A DNA stretch of 64,000 bases, taken from Camelus dromedarius (Eukaryota). The first letter of the stretch is position 1; each line of letters begins with the position of its first letter. This document shows positions 1 through 14,009 of the stretch, one piece after another. The notes below the pieces were generated by a model, which worked only from the letters and a program-made list of their open reading frames with translations, searched no databases and was not told where the DNA came from. The position numbers and the translations under genes were made by a program. The DNA lies in contig NC_087472.1 of the NCBI RefSeq assembly GCF_036321535.1, forward strand, positions 97,528,001-97,592,000. Reading direction: 5' to 3'.

Positions 1-1986
1 AAATGATTACAGAATAAAATCTCTTGTATTCTTTTAACTTTATTTTTACTTAAAGTATAAAAATGTAAAAATTTAGAATTTGTACCTAAGATAGTCATTA
101 ATAATGCCATTTTATTTTCCCCTAAGGGATAAGCTAACCCTGTTATGTAACTGATATTAATGATTATACACAGAGAGAAAAGCTCAATTTATTTTAAGAC
201 ACAATTAATGTCAGAATCAGAGCTAGTTTCCAAAGCAAATGGTTTGATGGTGTGATGTAGTCAAGTACTTTCATATAATTCTATGAAATGGATTGTAAAA
301 ATAAATCATTTCATTTGCCATTTATAGCTTAATTTAATGATGCTACCATTTCCTTGACAAATTGCGTGCAGGGAAAGGAATGAAGCCTAGCTATTTGTAT
401 AACAAGAGTATAAATATGTTTGTATTGAGCAAATAGGAGTTTATCTGATGTGTACTTGTATTCTAGTGAAATGATCTTCACTCTCACAGCGAAGAACTTT
501 ATTGAAAACTAAGAATCAAGACAAGGTTTTTACTAAAATATCAACTTTTTCTAGGAATCATATATAATTCTCTTGCTTTTATACCTCCTGAGCAGGCAGA
601 AGACACTTCTAGTTTCTGTTAAAAATGATATCTATGATTATTGTTAGTTTACAAAGAAGATGTGAAATGCAGTTTCATTCTACAGAAGGCAAGATAGATG
701 CCTCTGCTCATTCTTTCATGGATTCCATCATTATGTTTGTGAGATATTCCTTAACATCTAAAACTTACACTGAGAAATTTTGGTAGAAGTAGAAAAAAGA
801 TAAATCAATAAATAATGTTGAATGTTAATTAATTTTATCCCCGTGGACTTCTGTGTACTCTATAATATTTGCAAAACAGTTGCTCCAACTTTCAGTGTCT
901 ACATCACAACTGAAATATCCACCAACAAAGCCACGTACAGAGAGAAACAGAGGGTCATATGATTCTTATGCTGAATTTTGATCTGTGAACGACTTCAAGA
1001 TTTCATGAGTCCTTAAGAAAATAACACAAACAAATGCAAAAACAAAACCTCTCTATCCCATTGTCAGAAACTTTAGAGAACTCTGCCTTGGTAATACTGA
1101 GAACCCCTCTCATTTAAAACTACCTGTTAAATTGTTTGAGTGTTTCATAAATTTTTTTTAACTTGACACTGATTTGTTCAGGCAAAGCACTTCTTTTATG
1201 CTTATAGTTCGGGAAGTGCTAACTCTGAGGTATGCAGAGTAAACAAATTTTGAATGCCGGACTTCTAACTAGCTTCATTTATGAAGTTAACGAATATTTA
1301 TTGAGTGCCTACTATGATAAACACTTTTTTTGTTTTAGAAACTGGTCACTGTTTATGTTCTTTTCTCTGCCTTTCAAAATCATCATAGCAAAATTCTAAA
1401 ATCCTCAAATTCTGAAAACCAATCACCTTGTTGTACTTAGTTCAATTCTCAACTAAACGTTCATTACAGTAGGTCATTAATGACAGTGCATCCTCCTCAG
1501 AATTTAGGGAAGACCTGCCTTTTTTTAGTTCATAAGCAATGGCTTTCATGAGTAAAATACTTCCCAACAGTCCAATCTGGAATCCTATCCAGCTTTTCTT
1601 GGGGTTAAGATGCTGAAAGTTAGTTTATACTAATTGCAGACATGTTACCTGGGAGGAATAGTATGTTAGGCACTATAATTATTACAGCTTAGTAGGAATT
1701 AGCAACCTAATCCCTGAAAAAAAATCCTGAGAAGATGGAACAGAGGCAGGTAATTTTTGATGGGGAGAAGAGATTTCACACAGTTTCTTTTGAGTAGTGC
1801 TGTTCTTAGAAAAAGCCAGGCTGGGTGGTGGTCTGTTCCTGGGAGAAAAGCCCCCAAAATGCATAAAAGAATAGAAATACTTTAAAATCACAAAGATTAA
1901 GATATTCAGAAATAACCATCATTAGTATTAAGAGGCTATCGTTCTAGATATTTTTGTATACACATAGCAGAAAGATAGAAAATATT

Positions 1987-2464
1987 TTTATCAGACAGGG
2001 TTAAATTAAAGAATCCGAATCTATGACTTGTGGCGTAAAGGTTTTATTTTAGGAACTAGACCTTGTATTGTTGAGGGAGCAGCTGTGGAAGTGAAGGGAC
2101 AAGCAACCAATCTGAAAAGCCAGGCAAGTCCAGTTAAGTGGGAAGCTGTGTCTGTGTGTAGCTTCTGCGTCAGTGCTCTGTTACCAGGTGTCTGCTAGTA
2201 AGTTCAGGGTTGCTGTTAGTCAACAGGGAGAACTGGATGCAGAGCAGAGGAGACCAAGGATAAGCTAGAAAGCAGCACCCTTGTCTCTATCAGTACACCT
2301 AATCACAATGACCTTCAGAGAATAATGGCTGCTGCATCGTTTCTGTCTTCCAAATCTTGTGCAAATTCATTGTTTGGACAACTAGAACTCAGACCATCCA
2401 GGGAGGAGAGTTCTGGGAAGTGTATGTCCAGCTTAGTCAAGTTGATACAGTACAAACTACCACA
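1987..2464 (-). mobile_element. ERVL solo LTR, MLT2-type (MLT2E/F-like)
   Basis: Right end reads on minus as TGTGGTAGTTTGTACTGTATCAACTTGACTAAGCTGGACATACACTTCCCAGAAC, the MLT2-type LTR start. Left end TATCAGACAGGG matches the MLT2 3' terminus in reverse. Confidence 0.75.
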
Positions 2465-3019
2465 AAGTATTTATGAAAAAGAATCACATTACAAATATGA
2501 TTTTAGAATATGGTGTTCAATTTTATTTTTCTTGAACAGAAGAAAAAGAAACTGAAGGAATTCAGATGTATGTTTCTTCATGACAAGATAGTTTTTATTC
2601 TAAATGATCTCTTTGGAGATCAAATAAATTTTGAATGCATTAAAGGATTGGAGCTATGGCCATTTTTTAAACTATATGGTTACATTTTAAACAGTTGATT
2701 GAAATTATAGCATAAAAAAGAGTTAATTTTCTCTCTCACAATTTTTCCTACCCCATCCTCATTTTCTGATTTATTTTTAAATTTTAATTTTTAAAAATAC
2801 ATTACAATGCATAACAATTTTATTCTGTCCAGTACCATTCATTTTGGCACTGACTTAGTATTATTCTATGCTTACATGAATGCAGTGTTCATCACCTGGA
2901 TTTTTGCCGTGCCCATTACTGCATTCTTTGTTCTAAGTAATTTCTTAATTGTTTGGATTTTCTTGTCAATTTGTTCTTTTAAGAGTGGCTTAGCGTACTG
3001 TCTTCCCTAGATCTTTACT

Positions 3020-3360
3020 TCTTGAGAATTAATGCTTGTTGCCTTTAGATTTGTAAAACTTCTTGACTTATTATAATGTTCTTGAGACATAATTTCTTTC
3101 CCTAAAAATGTGTGTCTATGACCCATTGTCTTCTGGCATTAAGGATTATTGTGGGAAAATCTGAGAATAGTATGTTTTTCTCCCTGTGGATGAAGTGCGT
3201 TTCCTGGATACTTGAGATTCTTTATTTACAGTTGAAGTTGAAAAATTTTAGCAAGATATGATCTTTTGTACTTTCTTAGAATGGTTGGTGAACTTTTAAT
3301 CTAGATTCAGTTATTTCTACAATTCAGAGAAATTTTCTGATGTTAATAGATAATCATATC
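3020..3360 (-). mobile_element. Ancient L1ME/HAL1-like ORF1-region remnant
   Basis: Degenerate motifs CCATTGTCTTCTGGCATT...GAAAATCTGAG and TTCAGAGAAATTTTCT typical of antisense old L1/HAL1 ORF1. Confidence 0.5.
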
Positions 3361-3389
3361 TACTCCATTTGTTGAGTTTGATCTCATTC

Positions 3390-3817
3390 ATTTTAAATAG
3401 ACTATTTTTAGAGAAATTTAGGTTTACAACAAAACTGAGCAGAAAGTAGAGAGATTTACTTTACCCTACACACACATGTACACACACACATACATTTGTC
3501 ACAATCAATGACTCTACGTTGACACAGAATTATCACTCAAAATCCAATTGACATTAGCGTTCACTCTTGCTGTTGTACATTCTGTGGGTTTTTACAAATA
3601 CATAATGATATGTATCCACCAATAATATAGTGTCATACAAGATAGTTTCACCACCCTAACAATTCTCTGTGCCCTGCCTATTTATCCCTCCCTCTCCCCT
3701 AACCCCTGATAACCACTGATATTTTTTTTCATCTTCATAGTTTTGCCTTTTCCAGAATGTGATATAGTTGGAATCATACAGTAGGTAGCCTTTTCAGATT
3801 GGCTTCTTTTACTTCAT
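3390..3817 (-). mobile_element. L1MC-type 3' UTR fragment
   Basis: TTTAGGTTTACAACAAAACTGAGCAGAAAGTA...TTTTGCCTTTTCCAGAATGTGATATAGTTGGAATCATACAGTAGGTAGCCTTTTCAGATTGGCTTC matches the L1MC1/2 3' end in antisense. Confidence 0.85.
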
Positions 3818-4609
3818 GTTCTGTTTGCTGTTACATGTTTTACATATCTGGAAGGTTTTTTTTTTTTTTATTCATCTTGCCCACGATTAGGCATGCAGTG
3901 CAGAATTCAATTTTTTCTTTGCCTGACTCTTTTCATAATATTTGAGCATCAGTTTGAGGACTAGATATTAGGGTGTGTAGTATCTTGGAAGACAGGAAAA
4001 TTCGATTGAGACTCTGTGCAGTCTTTGTTAGAAAATGTGGTCTTTACTCTTTCTCTTAAGAATTCCTTCACCTTCTTAAGTCAGGATTAGCTCTCTCCAC
4101 TCGGGGTGTGTCCTATGTCCTGTGGAGGTATAGTCAGGCTTCAAATCACTTGCCCAGTTGTGTAAATGTGGAAACTTTACTTCCTTTCAACAGAGGTTTT
4201 AATTCTACTTCATACTTCATTTCATCACTCATTCCGAGTCAGAAGAGGAATTAGATAACAGCATCTGCTAACTTTGCTTCTCTCTCAGATCAGGGGTATT
4301 GGTGAGAGTTTCTATGACTGCCAATTCATTTGTCTTGCTCAGAAGTAGATCTCTGGTCAGCAGACTTTCAGTACTGCTCTGTTACAAGATTCTGCCTTTT
4401 CTCCTTAGTTATAAGTTTTTGAAGCTTAGTGCTTTAAGTCATGTTCCTTTCTTTCTTTGACTAGAACTAATAACTTCTTTTGCTGATGTTTACTGTTATT
4501 TTCACTAATCTTATTAAATGTTAGAAGAGGAAAGTGATTTACTTTCATTCCACTCTGCTTATCTAGTTAACCCCCTCCAACTGAATTGAAGTCCTTGAGT
4601 ATTACGTGG

Positions 4610-5280
4610 CAGATTCTGTTCTTTGTTCCGTTTACTAGTTGTGTTACTTTGGGCATCTTACTTAACCTCTGTGGTATAAGTTTATTCACTACTGGATGAT
4701 ATAATATTCATCTTATAGGCAGGATTCATTGAGATAATATATGTAAACACTTAACACAACCTTAATTAAGATAATACTGGAGTAGTGTAGGTAAGGGATG
4801 ATGCTGGTTTTGATGAGATTAGTAGCAGTGGAGAGGGGCAGAAGTGGGCAAAGCTAAGATATTTTTGGAGATTGACATGACAGGACTTGGTTCAGGTTGT
4901 GAAAACTGAGAAACTGAGGTTTAAATCCTGACTCTACCTTTTAGGACTATGTGCAACTGTATTAATAGCTTTGAGTCTCAAATTCATTTTCTGAAAGATG
5001 GAAGGTCTAATTGTGAAAATTAAGAGAATACATACAAACCTCCTAGTGTAGTGCCTGACAAAGCATAAATAGTCAGTAATTCTCAGCTTATTAGCAATAA
5101 TTACATTAGCATTAATATTATAATTCATATTAGTATCAATATTTAATTCAGTTGAAAGAAAGGAGATCCTAATTGATTCTTAGGCTTTTGGTAGTTTGGT
5201 GAAAAGGGGTGTCACTTACTGAAATATGGGAAACTGATGAGGAAATATTTGGGATGGGGCAGCAAATCATGAGTTCTTCT
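4610..5280. mobile_element. Interleaved MIR (about 4610-4760 and 4915-5095, +) and L2 (about 4780-4900 and 5150-5280, -) remnants
   Basis: MIR cores (TTACTAGTTGTGTTACTTTGGGCATCTTACTTAACCTCT; TTTAAATCCTGACTCTACC...GTGCCTGACA) and L2 motif AGTAGCAGTGGAGAGGGGCAGAAGTGGG. Confidence 0.65.
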
Positions 5281-5309
5281 AAGTTTTTCATATATGACAA
5301 GGCAAAGTC

Positions 5310-5540
5310 TCTTTGACATCCTGGTCACAGTTTCTCCACGAACTCCAGTTTGTCATTTTCCATTTTAAAGTTTGTTGTCCCAAAGCGGAGACAGAATTAA
5401 TATATTGTCAGTTAGGACCATGCCTCCCTTATTTTTAACACACTATGTTTATTGATCCAATTTAAAGCGTAATTTTTCCCTTTAGAAGCAATTTCTCACT
5501 CTTGCATTATATTAGCGGTAGAAGGTCTACAACCCTGATG
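5310..5540 (-). mobile_element. L3/CR1 LINE remnant
   Basis: AGGACCATGCCTCCCTTATTTTTAACACACTATGTTTATTGAT resembles the antisense L3 consensus GGGACTATCACCTCCCTCGTTCTGGACACTATACTTCTATTAAT. Confidence 0.45.
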
Positions 5541-5849
5541 AAGAATTCATGCTGAAGGATATGTCAAAGGTCTTGACCCTTGTGATAACTCATGATAAGC
5601 AGAAGAAAATCCACTTTCCAGGTCAAAGAGTATTATGGCACAAGTTCAGATCAGACATTTGATTAAGTTTATATGACTTCTAGGACTTGAATGCTGGCAT
5701 GTCCCGTATTTTAAGTAGATACAAAATAATGAATTTTTATTTAAATGAAGAATAAATATTCTCTGGGATTCTCCCCAGAGCCTGGTTGTAATGTGCCATG
5801 CATAAATAACTTACATGGCATAACTGGCCAAGAATAAGCTTTCCTAAAG

Positions 5850-5945
5850 TTCCATTCATTAATTGATTGATTCATTCAGAAGTTATCTTGAGAACTTAAA
5901 CCATGTGGTAGGCACTATTCTAGGAACTGGGGAAATGTCAATGAA
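5850..5945 (-). mobile_element. L2 3' end
   Basis: (CATT)n-like tail followed by CATGTGGTAGGCACTATTCTAGG. Confidence 0.6.
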
Positions 5946-8854
5946 TTGAAGATTTGCTGCTCAACTTGTATGTCCTCTCTGGCCAACAGAATCTTGAAGA
6001 CAATGATCAATGAAGCCATTTAGTTTGAATATTTACCCTTGACAACTGTTAGTCATGTTCTTTTCATGTAGGACCAGGTCAAGACAACAAAGTAGATTAG
6101 TTTAAAATGACACTGTCCACACTATAGAGTTAAAATGAGACAGTCCATGAAGCAGTTGACTCAAAGCAGTGTGTGGTTGCGGTCAGGGAGGATCCAGAGG
6201 ATTACGCTAAAATATATTACACACTATAGATAGCATGCCTTTTGGTTCTGATATTTCCTTTAAATGATTCTCACTAAACTCTTGGTGAATTACTTAAAAT
6301 AGTTAAAGGGAAATGTCTCTGATCTAGTGTTATAAAGATTCTCTTTGCCATTCCAGTGTCCACACGGGTCTGCATCAGATTCCCACTTCTTTTTACCAGG
6401 TTTTTGTACTAACTGCAAAGGTTCTCAATATCCAAATCCAATTTTTCTGAAAGCTTGCTCTTTAATACGTAGTCTTCACCTGATTTTCTATAGCTCTAGC
6501 TACTGCTGCTCTGAATTTCCTAATCCGCAGATCCTTCATCCACTGCCAGATCTTCCATTGTGTCCTTGACAGAACATCTATTGTCTGTTACCCCAGGAAG
6601 GGCTCTTCCCTCTCTGTTTCCTGTCTGCTGCTTGTTCTCTGGGATTCAGTGCTTTACATGTTCTTACCCAGACTGTAGTAGGTGGGAAGGGTTATGGCCT
6701 GCCCTCAATTTGACAAAAATAAAACAGCCTGCAAGTTTAATAATGTTTTTTAAGTCTTCCCCTCCTATTTATTGCTCACTCTTTGCACCAAATCTCCTCA
6801 TCCAGACCACCTGCTGTGACTAGCCAAAGTCCTTTTTCTCTTGTCCTACTTTCTCACTGACATATATTGAGATATATTAACTTATCTCTGAATATTGTGG
6901 TATTTTTGTAAATTTTTTCAGAATCCGTTTTTGATTAGCTATACACTGTTCCTAGAACCTTTTTACTGTTATCTTCATCTAGTACAGTTTATTTTATTTT
7001 AATCCCTTTAAATCATCTTCTTAATCCCTGTTCATGGTGGCTGGCAGCTTTGCACAGAAATGCCTTATGCAACCCTAAATGAAGAGGCTGAGGGAAAATG
7101 ACAGGTCCTTTCAAAGCTGGGGCTTTCTCCCTGTCTTATATACATGGAAAGCATTTTTGCTTTCATGGTAGTTGCAGCAAACACACATAATCTAGATTTA
7201 AATATTTCTTATATTGCACACTTGTTAAGTTTAGAACCTATTACCTAATTTATAACTTATGTTAAGATCAAAATACTGTATGTTAAATTGACTTAGAAGT
7301 GACTCTTGTACGTCAAAAATTAGTTTGATAGTAAAGATTATTTAGAAATGAAGTTCAAGTGTATTATCTGGGCCCAAACATATTCATTCAAGAAAGCAGT
7401 TTTCAATTTTAGTAGTGTAATAGCTGAACACTACTGAAACAAATTTTATTTGCAAAACTTCCTTAATCCATTTCCCTGAATCAGATATTCAAGCTCTCAA
7501 AATTCTGCCAGAATTATATTCTAAACTGCAGATCTAAGTAAATTATATCCTGTTTAAACCCTTTGATGTGTTTCCTCCATCTTCAGGATAAAGGATAGAA
7601 CCTTTTAATATGGACCACAAAGATTTCCATGATAAAACCTTAGCCTGTGTGTCCAGTATCAACTCTAAGCACACAACCCCACTCAGACTCTAAATACTAA
7701 CCATATTATTCTGCTATATCATTTCCTCTTATTACCCTGTCATCTGGTCAGGCATCTTCATCAAGAAACTGGAAATTTGTTTCCTATACTTGTTTTCAAT
7801 AATGAAGTTGGTATGTGCTGGTAAATAATCTCAAACACTGAGACACTGGAGAAAATCTCTGGTCTCAGTGGTCCTATGATTTTTCTTTCCATAACCAGTA
7901 AATGCTCAACACTGAAAGCAAGTCTGTTATATTCTAAAGAGTAGGTACCATCATTATTCTTAGACAGCCTGGTCTAGACATTAAAGTCCAGCTTGGAGTC
8001 CATCTTCTGCTGCTATTGTCAAGCTCAGTGACTGTCTGAAAATCTGTCATATCATGCTATTCTTGTTATCAATGTTTGGAATATGTGAATTCTAACAAAA
8101 TTAATATTTTGAAATAGAACTATTATGTGTCTAGTAACTGCATAACCCTACCTGTAGTTTGAAAATACAGCTAGTTAATAGGATTACCTGAATATTTATA
8201 TCTACATAGTCCATTAGATTTACATGAAAGGATTTTCTTCTCTCTTGACCTAGGTTAGCCAAATATTGCCAGTGTTCAAACATTAAAATCCATAATTTAC
8301 TCAAAAGTGAGATGTCCAAATTTTGCTAATGTATTTCAGTTTTGCACAGGTAGTATTCCATTTTTGACATTGTATTTTCTTTTAAATTGGAGTATCTTTT
8401 TCTTACTACCTCACCATTCTCTCACCCACTGAAACATTTTCCACTTTGTGAATCTCTTTGTGGCTTCCGTTGCTTATTCTGCACTTGTTCCATGAAACTT
8501 CAAACAAAAGATGTGTGACAGAGGAACAGAACAGAAATTAGAGAGAGAGCTTTGTGTCTAAGTTATCTTTTTCTTTTTCCAGTCACAGTAATAAAAATAG
8601 ATACCATTCATTCAGGAACAGATCACTTAGGATCAGAAAGAAAGACTTCTTTTACATTTGATACTGGAGAGTATTTTTAGGCAGAACTGGTCTATTTAGA
8701 ATACCAAGGTACCCAGTGTTTCCCAGATTTTTTCACCAGAAAAAACTCATAAAGACTTCTTTTTACTGTGTCAAGACATATGACTTAGCACTGGTTTTTC
8801 AGTATATGTTGGATGACTGGGAATAGTCCTCTCTAATAACTCTGAAATCCTAAG

Positions 8855-10010
8855 AGCCAGGGTAGTATAATGTTTGAGAGCACAGACTCTGGTTTAATTC
8901 CTAGCTCTGCAACTTCCTCGCTGTGTGGGCAAATCACTTAACCTCTATATGCCTCAGTTTCTTTAACTGTAAAATGGAGATGATAATGGTATATACTTCA
9001 TAAGGTTGTTACAGGTTTTTGTTTTGTTCCAGCTTTATTGACCTATTATTGACATACAACATATGTAAGTTTAAGTTGTACATTGTGATGACTTGATACA
9101 CTTACATATTGCAAAATTATTATAAAATTGCAAAGGTTAGTTAACAGCTCCATCCCCTCACATTATTAATATTTTTCATGTGGTGATAATATTTAAGATA
9201 TGCTCTCTTAACAACCTTCAAGTATATAATGTAATATTGCTAACTACAGTCACCATACTATATATTAGATCTCCAGAACTTATTTATTTTGTAGCTGGGA
9301 GTTTGTATCCTTTGACCATCTGCCCATTTCACCCATCCCTGAGCCCCTCCCTGGCAACCACCTTTCTACTGTCTATTTCTATGGGTTCAGCTTTTTTAGA
9401 TTCTCCCTATAAGTGAGAACACATACTATTTGAATATTCTTGGCTCCCTTGTCAAGTATTAGTTGACACCATATGCATAGCTTATTTCTGGGCTCTCGAT
9501 TCTCTTCCATTGGTGTATGTGTCTGTTTTTATGCCAGAGCCATACTCTCTTGATCACTGTACCTTTGTAATAAAGTTTGAAATCAGAAATTGTGATGCCT
9601 CCAGTTTTATTCTTCTTTCTCAGGATTTCTTTGGTTATTTGGGGTCTTTTTTTAGTTCTATACAAATTTTAGGGTTGTTTTTTCTATTTCTGTGAAAAAT
9701 GCCATTGGAAATTTGATAGGGATTGTATTGAGTCTATAGATGGCTTTAGGTGGTATGGACATTTTAACAGTATTAATTCTTTTGATTCATGAACACAGAA
9801 TATCTTTCTGTTTATTTGTATCTTCTTCAATTTGGTTCATTCATGTCTTGTATTTTTCAGTGTGCAGATCTTTCAATCTCCTTGGTTAAATTTATTCCTA
9901 AGTATTTTTTGATGCTATTGTGATGAGTTGCAAACCAGTTAATTTACATCAAGTGCTTAGATGAGTGGCTAATATATAGATAGCACCATGTAAATACTTG
10001 ATATTATTAC
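8855..10010 (+). mobile_element. MIR split by an L1 insertion (5' part about 8855-9014, 3' part about 9921-10010)
   Basis: Core GGCAAATCACTTAACCTCTATATGCCTCAGTTTCTTTAACTGTAAAATGGAGATGATAAT, resuming after the L1 as AAGTGCTTAG...TAGCACCATGTAAATACTTGATATTATTA. Confidence 0.75.
9015..9920 (-). mobile_element. L1MA9/10-like LINE: 3' UTR (about 9015-9430) joined by internal deletion to an ORF2 piece (about 9440-9920)
   Basis: T-rich tail then CCAGCTTTATTGA...AAGTTTAAG. ORF 9459-9665 encodes [49 protein letters not shown], which is L1 ORF2p. Confidence 0.92.
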
Positions 10011-10191
10011 TGCCTTTACCCATTTTAGCTCTTCTCCCCCAAATAATATAAGGATTTAAAGTAGCCCTTTGTAGACTAGGACTTAGAAAAGGCACTCTTT
10101 CTCTTCTTCCCAGTAGTTGATTGTAGTTAACAACTGAAATTTAACCTTTGGAAAGTTACCATAGTGTAATACAATCAGTGTAGAGCCTAAA

Positions 10192-10376
10192 TTTGCACAG
10201 TCCAATAGGGTAGCCAAATATGGCTATTTAAATTAATTAAAATTAAAAATTTAGTTCCTTAGTTGCACTAGCCGTATTTCAGATGCTCAGTAGCCACATG
10301 TAGTAAGTAGTTACTGCGTTGGGTAGCACAGATATAGAACATTTCCATCATTGCAGAAAGCTTTTTGAATACTGCT
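10192..10376 (-). mobile_element. MER3 (hAT-Charlie non-autonomous DNA transposon)
   Basis: TCCAATAGGGTAGCC...TAGCCACATG...GATATAGAACATTTCCATCATTGCAGAAAG is MER3 in reverse. Confidence 0.88.
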
Positions 10377-10977
10377 AATGATCAGATTCTGATGCTCTGT
10401 TTGTGTTTTCTTTCCTCCTAAACAAAAAATGGTGTGACTCATTTCTGTCCAGGTTATATCAAATCTACTTGGTCAAGGTGCACCTTCAGTCCTTCCCATT
10501 TTTCCCTCCTGCAACTCTTCTCCCGTTTACAGTGTATTAGTCATCTAGGAATTACTCAAATTATAAAGAAGTAGATTTACTGAACATAAACAAAACACTT
10601 CCTCTTGGAAATGGACACTCTTAACCCCTCTCCCAAGCAAGGAAAGAACACTGAGACTTGTCATTATATTGTCTACATATTCAAGTTCTTAGATTTTGCA
10701 TTTTCTAATCAATAGAGTATTATGATATAAATATCTGAATTGAATTTTTGCATTGAAAGTAGAGGACAATTTTGTTCAAGTTCAGGTTAATTTAAATTAT
10801 TATGCTATTACCTTATCTAATGACTTAAGTCCCTCTCCCTTCCTTACTATTACATAGTTCTCTGAAATTTTACTGTTAAGTCTTTACATATATTTTAGAG
10901 GTCTTACTAATTCTATCTTAATCTTTTTCCAGTCTAAAAATAATCATGAAGCTAGAAGTAAAAGAAAATTGGAGGTT

Positions 10978-11430
10978 TTTCTAATTTGGGTTTTCTTAAA
11001 AGCAGACTCTTAAGGCAGGGATTTGGATAGAAGTACTTTATTTGGAAGGCGGTCCCAGGAAGGACTATGAGAAAGTGAGACAGGGAAGGGAATAAAGCCA
11101 CTGTAGGGAAAGCCAATAGGTTGTTGTCTGTGGGCAACTGGAGCTCAACCTGCTGGAGACCTTTAAGAGACTGTATGGAACACAACTCAGAGTTACCCCA
11201 TAGAGAGGTAAAAAATCTAGGGTGCTTATGTACAGACTCCTGCCCCTTAATGATGGAGAGTAATTCTTGTGATGGTCCCCCTACATACTTCCTGTCTGCC
11301 CCACTAATGGACTGAGCAGGATTCTGAGGCAGGAGAAGGTCCTAGACAAAGAGATGCAAGTACCTGGGCATGAAATCTGTCTCTGGTGTAGGCAACAGGT
11401 TACAAATAGGGTATCAACACCATCTGCTAT
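10978..11430 (-). mobile_element. ERVL solo LTR, LTR33-like
   Basis: AGCAGACTCTTAAGGCAGGGATTTGGATAGAAGTACTTTATTTGGAAGGCGGTCCCAGGAAG; ends CATCTGCTATA (reverse of the TGTAGCAGATG start). Confidence 0.8.
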
Positions 11431-11589
11431 AGCTGACTACTATACATGGTTTAAGTATCAACTTAAACATGTATTTAAATAACAGTACAGGAATATGTAT
11501 CAAAATCCTCTGAGTAGGCTATGTCCTTTTAACTTTACAAGCATGTTTCTGCACATTTATTTTGAGGAAACAGATAGGCAAAATACTAA

Positions 11590-11980
11590 ATGTAATGTTA
11601 TTTATAATTGTAGACCATAAAGAATAAACTAATTCCAAAAATAAAGTATTGGTTAAATAAATTCCTCATATTCTTATTAAATGCAGTCAATAGAAAACAT
11701 GATTATGAATACTTACATATATGTAATGTGTATAGAATGTCCATGGTGCATTAAAAAGCATAAAACAGATTGTAAAAGATCATATATGATATAGCTCCAA
11801 TTATACACACACACGCACGTGTGCACACATGACTAGGCAAGAAATAATGGCTGGAATATTTCACAAAATAATTAACAGTCATTACCACTTGGTTATAGGT
11901 TTAGAGGTAATTTCAATTCCTTTATTAATGCTTTTATAAATTTTCTGCAATAAACATTATTTTTATAACAAGAAAAATCA
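11590..11980 (+). mobile_element. Ancient L1ME4-like 3' end
   Basis: Degenerate GGTTAAATAAATT...TTAACAGTCATTACC...TTTTCTGCAATAAACATTATTTTTATAACAAGAAAAA. Confidence 0.55.
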
Positions 11981-12924
11981 TTAAGTGCAATTTTAAAGCA
12001 AAATTAACCTATTTTAATACTGATACTTTCACACCTGAAATTCTATTGGCTTTTTATGTATAATTGCAAGTTAAATTCTAAATGTAGCAATTACACACAA
12101 GAGCATGCCACATTTCTTTTTCTCAGAGTAGAAATATGTGTAATCTTTGGGAGAACTTGATTGTAAACATGTATGTGCTTTGAATGCAATAAGGCAGATT
12201 GCAGCTAAAGTTATTTTCTCTGCCTAAGTGGAATGATGTTGTGATTTAGCCTGTAGGACTCCCCTGAAAATGGATTTTTGAAGGCAGATAAACTGTGTCC
12301 CTGGATAAAATAGGCTTCTGACATATATCAAAATGAGCTGGTTATTGACCTGTTTGTATGCAGCATATGCTATTTCTTATGGCAACATCATCTTCTCAGC
12401 ACTGCCAGCACTGTAGACAGTGATAAATTATTAAGAATGACTCTGGAGAAGGATAGTGTGTTGAGGTTTGTGGAATATGGCAGAAAGCATATGGAGAGAC
12501 TGTTTCTTAGCCACGGCCTACTTTTCTAATGTCACAGTCCTATAATACACTTAAGAGAAGAGTGAGTCAGTCTAAATCCACCATCTTACACATACCCTTT
12601 CCGTTCCTAATAGCAAAATAACTCAGAAAGAATGGATCAGTCATTCATCATCCTAATTGCATGATAATTAAAAATAAAATGAATTTTAAAATGCTATCCT
12701 ATGTTGTAGGTGTCAAATGCATGATCAGGTTGGCCACGTCAATTGGAGAAAACCATTCACATAATTGTGTTTGATTCCTCTTCTGTGAATGAAGTACTTG
12801 AACAGGAAAATCCATGTTTTAATACTTCCACAAACAGCAAATAGAATTAAGTTTTAATGAGTTCATAGTTCTTCTCAGAATCTGATCTGAGGAAATGGCC
12901 AGAAATTTTAGCCATCTTAGGCAC

Positions 12925-13325
12925 AAGAATTTTATTCACAAAAGTGTCTGTAACAATGAAAATTTGATAGCAATTTAAATAACAATAGCAAAATAGTTTA
13001 AATTATGTCATTCATACTATCACATATTATTCATGTTTTAAAACAATGTTATTGAAAAAGATATTTAGTGGCATAGAAGAACATTACTGTGCAATATTAA
13101 ATTAAAGATACATACAGTATTCACATGCATTTTCACCCCTGTTATGTAAAAATACATGTGTGTTTATGGGTAAGAAGAAGAATAAAAGGAAATAAAATAC
13201 CAGCTACAGTTATCCATGGGTTATGGTTTTATTAGTGATAATTTTCTTCTTTGTTTCAGTCTTGGATTACTTGCATTATCTATAATGAGCATGTTTTATT
13301 TTTATTAGTAGAAAATGATAAGCTA
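12925..13325 (+). mobile_element. Ancient L1ME4-like 3' end
   Basis: Same architecture as the 11.6 kb copy, ending CTATAATGAGCATGTTTTATTTTTATTAGTAGAAAA. Confidence 0.5.
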
Positions 13326-14009
13326 AAGAAAAGATAATATACTAAGAATTTTGCCTGAATTCCTCTTTGACCCTGTCTCGGTGCATTCAGAATCGGCCAT
13401 TTGAGTCATCAGCTAAGAAGCAGGTGCCCAAATGTGAAAGTAATTGGATTTCACACAGCATTTTCCATGGGGCAATTGAATCATGACTGCTTAAAAACAT
13501 GCCTTTGGAAAATTTGTTCCAAAGAGTTCTTAAATCTGTGTATTAGCACAGACTATTCTTTCAATAACTATGTGTTCACTGTCCACTGTATACTCGACAT
13601 TGTACTATCTCTTGTAACAAACAAGTAAAATTATCTGTACCTTTAAGGAAGATGAAGTTCTAAAGAAGGAAAAAGATAAATAAAACAGTGGGTACACAAT
13701 TCAAAAATTATGGTAGTTCTCTGCTAAATAACGTGGTGGACTCTGTTAATATTGAGGTTCAGAAAAGAGAATTGTGTAATTCTCAATGCAGACTGAAGTA
13801 TTTACTATGCATGTTCAAAGGTATATACTTTTAATAATTTTCTCCTGCTACTTCTCCTTGTAGGAAATCTTTGAGTTTCTATCTGGACTACAGATAGTTG
13901 GAGATATAGGTTAGAGGACTTTCAGGCAAAGTACAGGTTAACCAAGTCTGAGCTATATTTAGCAAGAAGAAGACTGGGTAAATTGTCATGCTAGAGTCAG
14001 CACTTTCCA

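Noticed and set aside
5490..5665. Apparent acceptor plus open frame KVYNPDEEFMLKDMSKVLTLVITHDKQKKIHFPGQRVLWHKFRSDI
   Set aside because: No recognisable homology, an in-frame stop immediately upstream, and the pyrimidine tract lies in a probable L3 remnant.
7837..7870. Hairpin CACTGAGAC...GTCTCAGTG as a pre-miRNA
   Set aside because: About 35 nt, too short for a Drosha/Dicer substrate, and no known mature miRNA recognised.
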